From an uncultured Erysipelotrichaceae bacterium (GTDB lineage Bacteria > Bacillota_I > Bacilli_A > Erysipelotrichales > Erysipelotrichaceae): DNA of 64,000 bases. Numbering within the stretch: the stretch's first letter is position 1; the number at the start of each line of letters is the position of its first letter. The stretch spans positions 14,191 to 78,190 of the forward strand of contig CAMVGT010000006.1 in the NCBI GenBank assembly GCA_947167125.1, given 5' to 3'. A model generated the notes under the pieces. It did not search any database. It saw nothing but the letters and a program-made list of their open reading frames with translations, and was not told the origin of the DNA. Position numbers and translations under genes: made by a program. This document shows positions 10,173 to 20,258 of this stretch, one piece after another.

Positions 10173-11450
10173 ATGAAACGGAAGATTGTAAACTGTTCAG
10201 TTGTACAGGGTGACAGAACCGTAAACAAAGAGATTCTGTTTGATGAAAGCGGAATCCTTCAGGTAAAGGAACAGATCGATGAAGAATGCGAAATCATCGA
10301 TGCGGAAGGCGGTATTGTTCTGCCCGGTCTGATTGATGTCCATGTCCATCTGCGCGAACCCGGCTTTGAAGCCAAGGAAACAATTGCGACCGGTTCGAAA
10401 GCGGCTGCCCATGGCGGCTTCACAACAATTTTCGCAATGCCCAATCTCAATCCGTATCCCGACTGCGTGCAGACGGCTGAAGCATATCTTGCAAAGATCA
10501 GAAGCGATGCCTGCGTCAATGTCATCCCTTACGGAACCATTACCAAAGGGGAAAAGGGACAGGAAATTTCCGACATGGAGGATTTGGTGAAACTCGGCAT
10601 GCGGTATTTCTCCGATGACGGCGTCGGCGTGGCAGATGACGCGGTTATGAAAAAGGCGCAGGAAGAAGTCAGACGCCTGGATGGACTGATGGCATGCCAT
10701 ACGGAAGATATGAATTACCGCAGACCCGGGGCAAGCGTGCATGAATCGCCGCTGGCATATGAAAAAGGCTGGCTCGGCATTCCTTCCGAATGCGAAAGCG
10801 AGCAGCTGAAGCGCGATCTGAAGCTTGCGGAAGAAACCGGTGTCCGCTATCATGGCTGCCATATTTCAGCCGCTCTTTCCGTGGATGCCTTAAGACAGGC
10901 AAAAGAAAACGGCGCTGATGTTTCAGCGGAAGTTACCGCCCATCATCTGCTTCTGGAAGAAGGGGATGTCAAAGGACCGAACTGGAAAATGAATCCGCCG
11001 CTGCGTTCCCATGAAGACAGAATGGCATTGATTGAAGCACTGGAAGACGGAACACTGGATTTCATCGCTTCCGACCATGCCCCGCATACATACAGCGATA
11101 AAGACAAGCCGATGGCATCGGCCGCGTTCGGCATCGTTTCACTGGAAACCAGCTTCGTGCTGCTCTATACCGAATTTGTGGCAAGGCAGAAAAGATGGAC
11201 GCTGGAACAGTTATGTTCATGGATGAGCACAAAGCCGGCAGAGCGCTTCGGACTTTCGAAGAAGGGCAGAATTGAAGAAGGATATGACAGCGACCTTGTC
11301 ATCATTCATACCGGCATTGAAACAGCGGTCCATAAAGAAGAATTCTTCTCCAAAGGAAAGAACACACCGTTTGACGGATGGACAGTGAACTGCGAAATTG
11401 CCGAAACGATCTGCGGCGGGAAAACCGTCTACAGAAAAGAAAGCAGGTGA
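10173..11450 (+). CDS. pyrC: Dihydroorotase
   Basis: PGLIDVHVHLREPG, WKMNPPLR, IASDHAPH. Confidence 0.95.
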   Translation: MKRKIVNCSVVQGDRTVNKEILFDESGILQVKEQIDEECEIIDAEGGIVLPGLIDVHVHLREPGFEAKETIATGSKAAAHGGFTTIFAMPNLNPYPDCVQTAEAYLAKIRSDACVNVIPYGTITKGEKGQEISDMEDLVKLGMRYFSDDGVGVADDAVMKKAQEEVRRLDGLMACHTEDMNYRRPGASVHESPLAYEKGWLGIPSECESEQLKRDLKLAEETGVRYHGCHISAALSVDALRQAKENGADVSAEVTAHHLLLEEGDVKGPNWKMNPPLRSHEDRMALIEALEDGTLDFIASDHAPHTYSDKDKPMASAAFGIVSLETSFVLLYTEFVARQKRWTLEQLCSWMSTKPAERFGLSKKGRIEEGYDSDLVIIHTGIETAVHKEEFFSKGKNTPFDGWTVNCEIAETICGGKTVYRKESR

Positions 11451-11457
11451 ATGTGCA

Positions 11458-12189
11458 ATGAGAATTGAAGATGCAGTTGTAATCGAAAACAGCAGAATCG
11501 CTTCCGATACATTCCGGATGGTTCTGAAAACAGGAATCGCGGATGAAGCAGAATGCGGACAGTTTGTCCAGGTTCAGGTTCCCGGATATTATCTGAGAAG
11601 ACCGATCTCCATCTGCATGGCAGATCAGGGCACACTGACTCTGGTCTATAAAACAGTCGGAGACGGCACAGCGGCAATGAGCCGGATGAAAGCCGGAGAA
11701 ACTGTCAATCTCTTCGGACCTCTGGGCACGGGATTCCCGGTGGAAGACAGAGATGTGCTTCTGATCGGAGGCGGCGTGGGCACTCCGCCGCTGCTGTTTA
11801 CAGCGAAGAAATATCTGGAAAAAGGACATCAGGTGACTGCGGTCCTGGGTTACAATGACCGTGCGTCCGTTATGCTGGAAGAAGAATTCCGGAATCTTGG
11901 CTGTGAAGTGTATACGGCGACAATGGACGGCTCCTATGGTACAAAGGGAACCGTCATGAACGCGATCGAAGAAAACGGAATCAAGGAACAGTTTGTGCTT
12001 TCCTGCGGTCCGCTGCCGATGTTAAAGGCGGTTTCAGCAGCTTATACAGAAGGCTGTGTATCACTGGAAAGCAGAATGGCATGCGGCATGGGTGCCTGCA
12101 TGGGATGTGTTGTCAGGGATCAGGAAGGGGAATCCATGCGTGTATGCAAGGACGGACCTGTATTCCCGATCGGAAAGGCGGTGCTTTAA
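11458..12189 (+). CDS. pyrK: Dihydroorotate dehydrogenase electron transfer subunit
   Basis: LRRPISI, GPLGTGF, GGGVG, MACGMGACMGC...CKDGPVF (2Fe-2S). Confidence 0.95.
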   Translation: MRIEDAVVIENSRIASDTFRMVLKTGIADEAECGQFVQVQVPGYYLRRPISICMADQGTLTLVYKTVGDGTAAMSRMKAGETVNLFGPLGTGFPVEDRDVLLIGGGVGTPPLLFTAKKYLEKGHQVTAVLGYNDRASVMLEEEFRNLGCEVYTATMDGSYGTKGTVMNAIEENGIKEQFVLSCGPLPMLKAVSAAYTEGCVSLESRMACGMGACMGCVVRDQEGESMRVCKDGPVFPIGKAVL

Positions 12190-13791
<1,602 letters not shown>

Positions 13792-13805
<14 letters not shown>

Positions 13806-14454
13806 GAAGCAGTTTACAGAATTCATGCTGTCATGCAATGCGCTGAAATTCGGTGATTTCACTCTCAAGTCCGGCAGAAAGAGCCCGTTCTTCATGAATG
13901 CCGGCGCTTATGTCGAAGGCGGACAGCTCCACGATATCGCATGCTATTACGCAAAGGCGATCAATGACAACTTCGGTCTGGATTTCGATGTTCTCTTCGG
14001 ACCGGCCTATAAGGGAATTCCGCTGGCAGTTGCCACATGCATGGCAATCCATGAACTCTACGGCAAAGAAATCCGCTACTGCTCCAACCGCAAGGAAGTC
14101 AAGGACCATGGCGATACCGGCATCCTGCTTGGCACAAAGCTGAAGGATGGCGACAGAGTCATCATGATCGAAGATGTCACAACCAGCGGCAAATCCATGG
14201 AAGAAACCGTACCGATTGTCAAAGCGCAGGCGGATGTTGAAATCAAAGGTCTGATTGTTTCCCTCAACCGCAATGAAAAGGGCAAAGGAAACAAAACAGC
14301 ACTGGCGGAAATCTCCGATCTTTACGGATTTAAAACCGCAGCGATCGTTTCCATGCCGGAAGTTGTCGAGATCCTGAAGGAAAAGGGAGCTCTGGACGAT
14401 GAGCTTCTTGCAAGAATCGACGCTTACTACAAAGAATACGGCGCAACTGAATAA
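13792..14454 (+). CDS. pyrE: Orotate phosphoribosyltransferase
   Basis: FTLKSGRKSPFF, FGPAYKGIP, NRKEVKDHG, IEDVTTSG. Confidence 0.96.
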
Positions 14455-14463
14455 AGCATCCTG

Positions 14464-14490
14464 AGACCGGGCAACCGGTCTTTTTCTTTT
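14464..14490 (+). terminator. pyr operon terminator
   Basis: AGACCGG-gcaa-CCGGTCT followed by T-run. Confidence 0.85.
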
Positions 14491-14511
14491 GCGAAGTTTA
14501 AGATCGAACAA

Positions 14512-14523
14512 TTCGGTACCGAA
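14512..14523. promoter_or_regulatory. Palindromic operator 1 (TTCGGTACCGAA)
   Basis: Perfect 12-bp palindrome immediately upstream of the -35 of the MarR promoter. Confidence 0.7.
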
Positions 14524-14527
14524 ACAA

Positions 14528-14556
14528 TTGACTCGTATTCAGTGATCGGCTATATT
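14528..14556 (+). promoter_or_regulatory. Sigma-A promoter of MarR gene
   Basis: TTGACT 14528-14533, 17 nt, TATATT 14551-14556. Confidence 0.7.
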
Positions 14557-14559
14557 ATG

Positions 14560-14571
14560 TTCGGTACCGAA
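14560..14571. promoter_or_regulatory. Palindromic operator 2 (TTCGGTACCGAA)
   Basis: Identical second copy over the predicted transcription start. Confidence 0.7.
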
Positions 14572-14597
14572 ATAATACGGTGAAAGGAGAATAAAAA

Positions 14598-15143
14598 ATG
14601 ACAAGCGAACTCAATATTGAATTATATGAAAAGCTCAGAAGACTCAGCCGCAGATTCAGACACATGCACCATGCAGGAGATCATATGCCCGAATGTCCTC
14701 CTGAACACAGAGGTCACGGCCCGATGGACAGAATGATGACGCCGGAAGGAAGAATGCCAGAGGCGGGTCCGTTCAGGCCGCATCCTCACAGAAAACCCCG
14801 CTTCCACAGGGAAAGAATCCTTGCCGTTCTCAATGAAAGAGAGGACGGTCTTCACCAGAAGGATCTCGCGCAGATTCTCATGATCAATCCGTCTTCGCTT
14901 TCCGAAGCCATCGACAAGCTTGAAGCTGACAGGTATCTCGAGCGTACGGTTGATCCAGAAGACAGAAGGGCGACAATCATCCGCCTGACTGAAAAGGGAA
15001 AAGCGCGCGCCTATGAAGTGGAAGACGAAAGAAACGCTGCCATTGAAGAATTCTTCAAAGATCTGAATAAAGAAGAAAAAGTGCAGCTGCTGTCCCTGGT
15101 GGACAGACTTCTCAAAGACGACCCGCTGTCAAAACAGCTTTAG
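14598..15143 (+). CDS. MarR family regulator with His/Met/Pro-rich insertion
   Basis: wHTH QKDLAQILMINPSSLSEAIDKLEADRYLER..DPEDRRATIIRLTEKG; SD AAAGGAG. Confidence 0.88.
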   Translation: MTSELNIELYEKLRRLSRRFRHMHHAGDHMPECPPEHRGHGPMDRMMTPEGRMPEAGPFRPHPHRKPRFHRERILAVLNEREDGLHQKDLAQILMINPSSLSEAIDKLEADRYLERTVDPEDRRATIIRLTEKGKARAYEVEDERNAAIEEFFKDLNKEEKVQLLSLVDRLLKDDPLSKQL

Positions 15144-15156
15144 TCCTCCTCAATAC

Positions 15157-15188
15157 GGAACAGCCATGCCGGGCTGTTCCATTTTTTT
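15157..15188 (+). terminator. Terminator after MarR gene
   Basis: GGAACAGCC-atgccg-GGCTGTTCC followed by T-run. Confidence 0.85.
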
Positions 15189-15221
15189 CGGATTTATAAG
15201 GAAAACACGGCACATTCCGTA

Positions 15222-15250
15222 TTGTGAAGAGAGGGAGGCTATGCTAATAT
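15222..15250 (+). promoter_or_regulatory. rpsB-tsf promoter
   Basis: TTGTGA 15222-15227, 17 nt, TAATAT 15245-15250 with TG extension. Confidence 0.55.
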
Positions 15251-15304
15251 TATCCACGGCATCTCTTTTTATGTGCGTTTTTATCGTGCAGGATGCCTGA
15301 TTAC

Positions 15305-15396
15305 TCACACAGTGGATTCATTGCCCCGTGCACGTGGTTCTAATCGGTGCCTCAGCGTACTGATGCGCGTGTTGGCATGTTCGAAGCTGTGGTGGA
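15305..15396 (+). ncRNA. rpsB 5' leader (S2 autoregulatory, t44-like structure)
   Basis: CACACAGTGGATTC ... GAAGCTGTGGTG long-range stem in the rpsB 5'UTR, resembling known S2 leaders. Confidence 0.55.
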
Positions 15397-15422
15397 AAAC
15401 AACGGAAAGTGAGGTTAAAAAA

Positions 15423-16367
15423 ATGGCTGTTGTTTCAATGAGAAAAATGCTCGAAAACGGAGTACATTTCGGTCACCAGACACGCAAATGGAATCCGCAG
15501 ATGAGACCCTACATCTACACCGCTAAGAACGGTGTCTACATCATCGATCTGGAAAAGACAAGAGAACAGCTCGAGGTCGCTTATGCTGAACTCAAGAAGA
15601 TCACTGAGAACGGCGGAAAGGTTCTGTTCGTCGGAACTAAGAAGCAGGCTCAGGCTACAATCCTGGAAGAAGCACTGCGTTCCGGAAGCTTCTATGTCAA
15701 CCAGAGATGGCTCGGCGGCACAATGACAAACTTCCGTACAATTCAGAAGTCCATCAAGAAGCTGCTTGAGATTGAAGAGATGGAAGCCAACGGCACAATC
15801 AATGTCTACACAAAGAAGGAACAGGCAAACATGCTGAAGAAGAAGGACAGACTGGAAAACTTCCTCGGCGGAATCAAGGAAATGAAGAAGCTGCCTGACG
15901 CTGTATTTGTTGTTGACCCGCTGGAAGAGCACAACGCAGTTGCTGAAGCTAAGAAGCTCGGCATCCCTGTATTCGCTCTGATCGACACAAACGCAGATCC
16001 GAACTCTGTAGACTACCCGATTCCTTCCAACGATGACGCTGTACGTTCTGTCAAGCTGATGGTCAGCCTGATCGCAGACGCAATCGTTGAAGCAAAGGGC
16101 GGCGTTCTTGAGAATGCTTATCAGGAAGACGCAGAGATGGATGATATCACAATGGAAGATGTCATCATCAATGTTGAACAGCAGGCTGCTGAATACGAGC
16201 GCAAGAGAAGACAGAAGTATGAAGAGCGCCGTCAGCAGATGCAGCAGAGACGCTACAACGGCGAACGCCGTGTCTTCCGCAGAGACAACAACAACGCACG
16301 TCCGGCAAAGGCAGACGAAGCTGCAAAGACAGAAGCTCCTGCTGAAACAAAGAAAGTTGAGGAATAA
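15423..16367 (+). CDS. rpsB: 30S ribosomal protein S2 with long C-terminal extension
   Basis: GVHFGHQTRKWNP, GVYIIDL, RWLGGTMTNF, IPSNDDAVRS. True start 15423 after GAGG; the ORF track over-extends it. Confidence 0.98.
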   Translation: MAVVSMRKMLENGVHFGHQTRKWNPQMRPYIYTAKNGVYIIDLEKTREQLEVAYAELKKITENGGKVLFVGTKKQAQATILEEALRSGSFYVNQRWLGGTMTNFRTIQKSIKKLLEIEEMEANGTINVYTKKEQANMLKKKDRLENFLGGIKEMKKLPDAVFVVDPLEEHNAVAEAKKLGIPVFALIDTNADPNSVDYPIPSNDDAVRSVKLMVSLIADAIVEAKGGVLENAYQEDAEMDDITMEDVIINVEQQAAEYERKRRQKYEERRQQMQQRRYNGERRVFRRDNNNARPAKADEAAKTEAPAETKKVEE

Positions 16368-16372
16368 GGAAC

Positions 16373-17257
16373 ATGGCTATTACAGCATCCCAGGTTAAAG
16401 AACTCCGTGAGCTGACAGGCGCCGGAATGATGGACTGCAAGAAGGCTCTCACAGCAACTGAAGGCGACATCAAGAAGGCAATCGACTGGCTGCGTGAAAA
16501 CGGACTTGCCAAGGCTGCCAAGAAGGAAAGCAGAATTGCTGCAGAAGGATTATCCAGAATCCTGATCGACGGCAACAAGGCATGCATTGTTGAAATCAAC
16601 TCCGAGACAGACTTCGTCGCAAAGAACGACAAGTTCCTGGCTCTGCTTGATGAAACACTTGCAACACTGATCAATTCCGATGCAAAGACAGTTGAAGAAG
16701 CTCTCGCTCTCAGCTGTGCTGAAGGCACACTGAACGACGCATTCATCAACGCAGTCGCTACAATCGGTGAAAAGATCACTCTGAGAAGATTCGAAGTTAT
16801 CGAAAAGAACGATGATGAAACATTCGGCTCCTACACACACCAGGGCGGCAGAATCACAGCTGTCACAGTCGTAAAGGGCGGCGATGCTCAGGTTGCCAAG
16901 AACATGGCAATGCAGGTCGCTTCCATGAACCCGACATATGTCAGCCGCAATGACATGCCGCAGGATGTCATCGCTCACGAGCGTTCCGTGCAGGAAGGCA
17001 TCGTTGCCAACGATGAATCCCTGGCTAACAAGCCGGATAAGGTAAAGAAGGGCATCGTCGAAGGACGTGTGTCCAAGTCCCTCCAGGATATGTGCCTGGT
17101 TGATCAGGAATACTTCCTTGATACAAACCTCAAGTGCGGCGCTTACCTGAAGGAAAACAATGCTGAAGTACTGAAGTTCGTCAAGTTCACAGTCGGTGAA
17201 GGCATTGAAAAGAAGCAGGATGACTTCGCTGCAGAAGTCGCTGCTATGGCTAAGTAA
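16373..17257 (+). CDS. tsf: Elongation factor Ts
   Basis: VKELRELTGAGMMDCKKAL, EINSETDFVAKN. Confidence 0.98.
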   Translation: MAITASQVKELRELTGAGMMDCKKALTATEGDIKKAIDWLRENGLAKAAKKESRIAAEGLSRILIDGNKACIVEINSETDFVAKNDKFLALLDETLATLINSDAKTVEEALALSCAEGTLNDAFINAVATIGEKITLRRFEVIEKNDDETFGSYTHQGGRITAVTVVKGGDAQVAKNMAMQVASMNPTYVSRNDMPQDVIAHERSVQEGIVANDESLANKPDKVKKGIVEGRVSKSLQDMCLVDQEYFLDTNLKCGAYLKENNAEVLKFVKFTVGEGIEKKQDDFAAEVAAMAK

Positions 17258-17281
17258 GAAACATTACCATAACCTTTAAAG

Positions 17282-17313
17282 AAGAACGGTCCTCATGCGG
17301 ACTGTTCTTTTTT
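17282..17313 (+). terminator. rpsB-tsf terminator
   Basis: AAGAACGGTCC-tcatgc-GGACTGTTCTT followed by T-run. Confidence 0.8.
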
Positions 17314-17321
17314 CGTACTTA

Positions 17322-17348
17322 TAAAAAAAGATGAGATCGCTCTCATCT
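17322..17348 (-). terminator. Terminator overlapping the stop of the 75-aa membrane gene
   Basis: Minus strand AGATGAGA-gcga-TCTCATCT followed by T-run. Confidence 0.7.
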
Positions 17349-17570
17349 CCGGTTGGAATCCACATGATAGTTATACAGTCCCAGCAGCAATCCGAATAAT
17401 ACCGGTCTTACCAAATAGGACCTTATATCATAGACAAACGGCATACCGTTCATTTTCGCCAGCAGATATCCGAATAAAGGCCATAAGACCATTGAAAGTC
17501 CGATCAGCGCAAGCCCGTAAAGGACATAAAATTTCCAAGGTTTCATTTTGAACGGTTCTTTATCAGTCAT
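17343..17570 (-). CDS. Small two-TM hypothetical membrane protein
   Basis: SD AAGGAGG before ATG, two hydrophobic segments, overlaps the DUF402 stop. Confidence 0.7.
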   Translation of the reverse strand: MTDKEPFKMKPWKFYVLYGLALIGLSMVLWPLFGYLLAKMNGMPFVYDIRSYLVRPVLFGLLLGLYNYHVDSNRR

Positions 17571-18169
17571 ATCTTCCTCCTTATACGCAGCTGAGGCACT
17601 GTTTCAATCTGCAGTTTCGGCAAATTCTTCATTTCCGCATCGCACGGAATCAGAATATCATGGATTTCCTGCATCAGACGGATTACTTCATCAAGATGTT
17701 CATTCAGATACTCCCTGATCATTTCACCATGCCGGCATACAGCCTTGTATGTTTCTTCCTCAATCAGACCGCTTTGACGGGCATCTTCCAGTTCATAGCG
17801 GTCCAGTTCTTCAACTTCATTTTCACAGATCACATAATCCAGAAACAGATCGTGGAAATACGGCACTTCGCAATCAGTGCGATTGCCGTCCGTTACATCG
17901 ATATAGATCTGCAGGAATCTGCCGCATTCATCAAACATCGCCGTAAACCATGCAAAGTCATTGTCCATTGCCAGCTGCACCCAGCTGTAATTCAGATCCG
18001 CAAGGATCATTTTATTATCATGGAAGACTGCAGCAAACAGTTCGGACAGATCCAGGATTTTCAGCAGGGAAGCTTTTCCTGCATGTTCATTGCATTGGCA
18101 TTCCGCATAAATCAGTTCCTTCTGAAGAAACTGTTTCCATTCATCGCGGTTCATATCTTTTCTGCGCAT
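17567..18169 (-). CDS. DUF402 family protein
   Basis: WVQLAMDNDFAWFTAMFDECG...IYIDVT...DLFLDYVI...LDRYELEDA pattern typical of DUF402. Confidence 0.7.
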   Translation of the reverse strand: MRRKDMNRDEWKQFLQKELIYAECQCNEHAGKASLLKILDLSELFAAVFHDNKMILADLNYSWVQLAMDNDFAWFTAMFDECGRFLQIYIDVTDGNRTDCEVPYFHDLFLDYVICENEVEELDRYELEDARQSGLIEEETYKAVCRHGEMIREYLNEHLDEVIRLMQEIHDILIPCDAEMKNLPKLQIETVPQLRIRRKI

Positions 18170-18202
18170 AAAAAAAGTATAACCCGCATATGCAGGTTAT
18201 AC
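18170..18202 (-). terminator. Terminator after GlsB/YeaQ-like gene
   Basis: Minus strand GTATAACCTGC-atat-GCGGGTTATAC followed by T7. Confidence 0.8.
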
Positions 18203-18206
18203 CAAT

Positions 18207-18455
18207 TTATCTTGTTATGAATTTCCGGTATGCCCAGACACACAGACATCCGCCGGCAACCGAGAAGATCATACTGCCGATCAAGCCGTGTGCACCGATC
18301 CCAAGCAGCGATCCAAGGAATCCGGCAACAATACCGCCGATTAAACCCAGAGCGCAGTTGAAGATCATATTGGAGCTGTCCATTTTCATCAGAACGGTAA
18401 TAAGCCAGCCGGAAGCAGCGCCGATAATGAGATCCAGTAAAAGATTCAGTAACAT
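18207..18455 (-). CDS. GlsB/YeaQ/YmgE (transglycosylase-associated) membrane protein
   Basis: IIGAASGWL...LGLIGGIVAGFLGSLLGI...GGCLCVW glycine-rich TM pattern; start 18455 after GGAGG. Confidence 0.85.
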   Translation of the reverse strand: MLLNLLLDLIIGAASGWLITVLMKMDSSNMIFNCALGLIGGIVAGFLGSLLGIGAHGLIGSMIFSVAGGCLCVWAYRKFITR

Positions 18456-18466
18456 ACGATTTACCT

Positions 18467-18493
18467 CCATGTACAGAATGGTTCTGTACATGG
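18467..18493. promoter_or_regulatory. Perfect 12-bp inverted repeat over the glsB-like transcription start and SD edge
   Basis: CCATGTACAGAA-tgg-TTCTGTACATGG. Minus-strand promoter: TTTACA (18518-18523) and TGt-TATGAT (18496-18504). Confidence 0.6.
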
Positions 18494-18550
18494 CTATCAT
18501 AACACGTCTGCGTGAATTGTAAACAATAATATGACCGCCGGTCAGTTATC

Positions 18551-19417
18551 TCAGAGCGCGTCTATCCGTCTCATCAGGAATCCTTCGCGGATTCCGGTAT
18601 CCGAAATCAGAATCTCTTCAGCTTCAAATACCGCACAGATTTCAAGAATCATATGGATACCGGGCAGAAGGACAGGGATTCTGGAAGGCTCCACTGTTTC
18701 CTTCATATATCCGGTCATTTCCGGATCCGCATTCTTCAGCTTTTCAAAGAGAATCTGCAGATCTGCAGTTTTGATGCATGTTCTGTTTCCGAACGCCTTT
18801 GCGCATACAAGACCGACCGCTCTTGCCGTACCGCCGATGCCGATGATCTTATTGGAAATCCGTTTAAGTCCGGGATATTCATCCTGCGCCTTCAGAATTT
18901 CTTTTCTGCATTCCGGCGTATCAAGGGGCAGATGGGAAAGCCTGACACATCCGAGATGGAAGCTCATCGCTTCAATTGCTTTATGATTCTCAAATGCGAT
19001 CAGTTCGGTTGAGCCGCCGCCGACATCAAATGCGATTCCTTCCGATACTTCCGGCCAGGAAAGAACAGCGCCTTCAAATGTATAGACAGCTTCCTGCTGG
19101 CCGGTTAAAGGATAGATCTCAAATCCGCTCTCTCTGAGTGCATTGATCAGTTCATTGACATTATCAATCCGGCAGGGTTCGGTAATATCCGCAAAGCGGT
19201 ATGATACATGCATGTCGTCGAGAATCCGCGCATATTCTTTGAGGATATCCGCAGCCTTGCGGATGCCTTCTTCGCTCATCACGCCGTCTTTGACATCATC
19301 AATCAGATGTGCCGGTGTGGAAATGTATTTCAGCTGTTTCAGGGATGTTCCTTCTGCTTCATAAACCAGAAGCACAACGGTATTGGAGCCGATATCGGCA
19401 ATTCCGTACTGTGTCAT
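18551..19417 (-). CDS. ppx: Ppx/GppA family phosphatase (no HD domain)
   Basis: IADIGSNTV, TGQQEA, DVGGGSTE, GIGGTAR, GIREG; start 19417 after GAGGAGG. Confidence 0.88.
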   Translation of the reverse strand: MTQYGIADIGSNTVVLLVYEAEGTSLKQLKYISTPAHLIDDVKDGVMSEEGIRKAADILKEYARILDDMHVSYRFADITEPCRIDNVNELINALRESGFEIYPLTGQQEAVYTFEGAVLSWPEVSEGIAFDVGGGSTELIAFENHKAIEAMSFHLGCVRLSHLPLDTPECRKEILKAQDEYPGLKRISNKIIGIGGTARAVGLVCAKAFGNRTCIKTADLQILFEKLKNADPEMTGYMKETVEPSRIPVLLPGIHMILEICAVFEAEEILISDTGIREGFLMRRIDAL

Positions 19418-19541
19418 AAGCCACCTCCTCATTAATGGTAACAGATAACGGGACATATGCACAGAAGGGGTGAAAGCAGAAAAGTAATGGAATATGCATT
19501 CAGCTTTGATATAATAGATACAGTGAAATCCGGAGGAAATC

Positions 19542-20255
19542 ATGTATAAACGAGTATTATTGAAACTGAGCGGGGAAGCTCTTTCCGGCGAAGGGAAGAA
19601 TTTTGATCCCGATGTGCTTCATACACTTGCGGCTGAAATCAAAGAAGCTGCAGACCTCGGTACCGAAGTCGCGATTGTAGTCGGCGGCGGAAACTTCATC
19701 CGCGGCAAGACAGTCCAGGACATCGGCATCGACAGAGTCCAGGGCGATTATATGGGAATGCTCGCGACCATTATCAACGCGCTTGCAATCCAGAGCTCAC
19801 TGGAAAGTATCGGCGTGCATACCCGTGTCATGACAAGTATTGACATGCCGAAAGTCGCTGAGCCTTATATCCAGAGAAGAGCTGTACGCCATCTCGAAAA
19901 GGGAAGAGTCATCATCTTCGGCGGCGGAACGGGAAGCCCTTACTTCTCAACCGACACAACCGCGGCGCTGCGTGCAAGCGAAATCCGTGCAGATGTCATC
20001 CTGATGGCAAAGAACGGCGTTGACGGCGTCTATTCCGCAGATCCGAAAAAGGATCCCAACGCCAAGCGCTATGACCATCTGACATACCTCGATCTGCTCA
20101 ATGAAGGACTTGAGGTTATGGACTCCACCGCAACCAGCATGTGTATGGATACCAATATGGAAATTATGGTCTTCAACATGAATGAAAAAGGAAATATTGT
20201 GAAGGCCTGCAAGGGAGAAAAAATCGGAACGATCATCAGCAAGGAGGAGAATTAA
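19542..20255 (+). CDS. pyrH: Uridylate kinase
   Basis: [34 protein letters not shown]. Confidence 0.98.
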   Translation: MYKRVLLKLSGEALSGEGKNFDPDVLHTLAAEIKEAADLGTEVAIVVGGGNFIRGKTVQDIGIDRVQGDYMGMLATIINALAIQSSLESIGVHTRVMTSIDMPKVAEPYIQRRAVRHLEKGRVIIFGGGTGSPYFSTDTTAALRASEIRADVILMAKNGVDGVYSADPKKDPNAKRYDHLTYLDLLNEGLEVMDSTATSMCMDTNMEIMVFNMNEKGNIVKACKGEKIGTIISKEEN

Positions 20256-20258
20256 ATA

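Noticed and set aside
15250-15258. TTATCCACG, 8/9 match to a DnaA box
   Set aside because: Single imperfect copy at the rpsB TSS, with no cluster or origin context.
15273-15422. 50-aa N-terminal extension of S2 in the ORF track
   Set aside because: This is the structured S2 leader. The SD and homology start at 15423.
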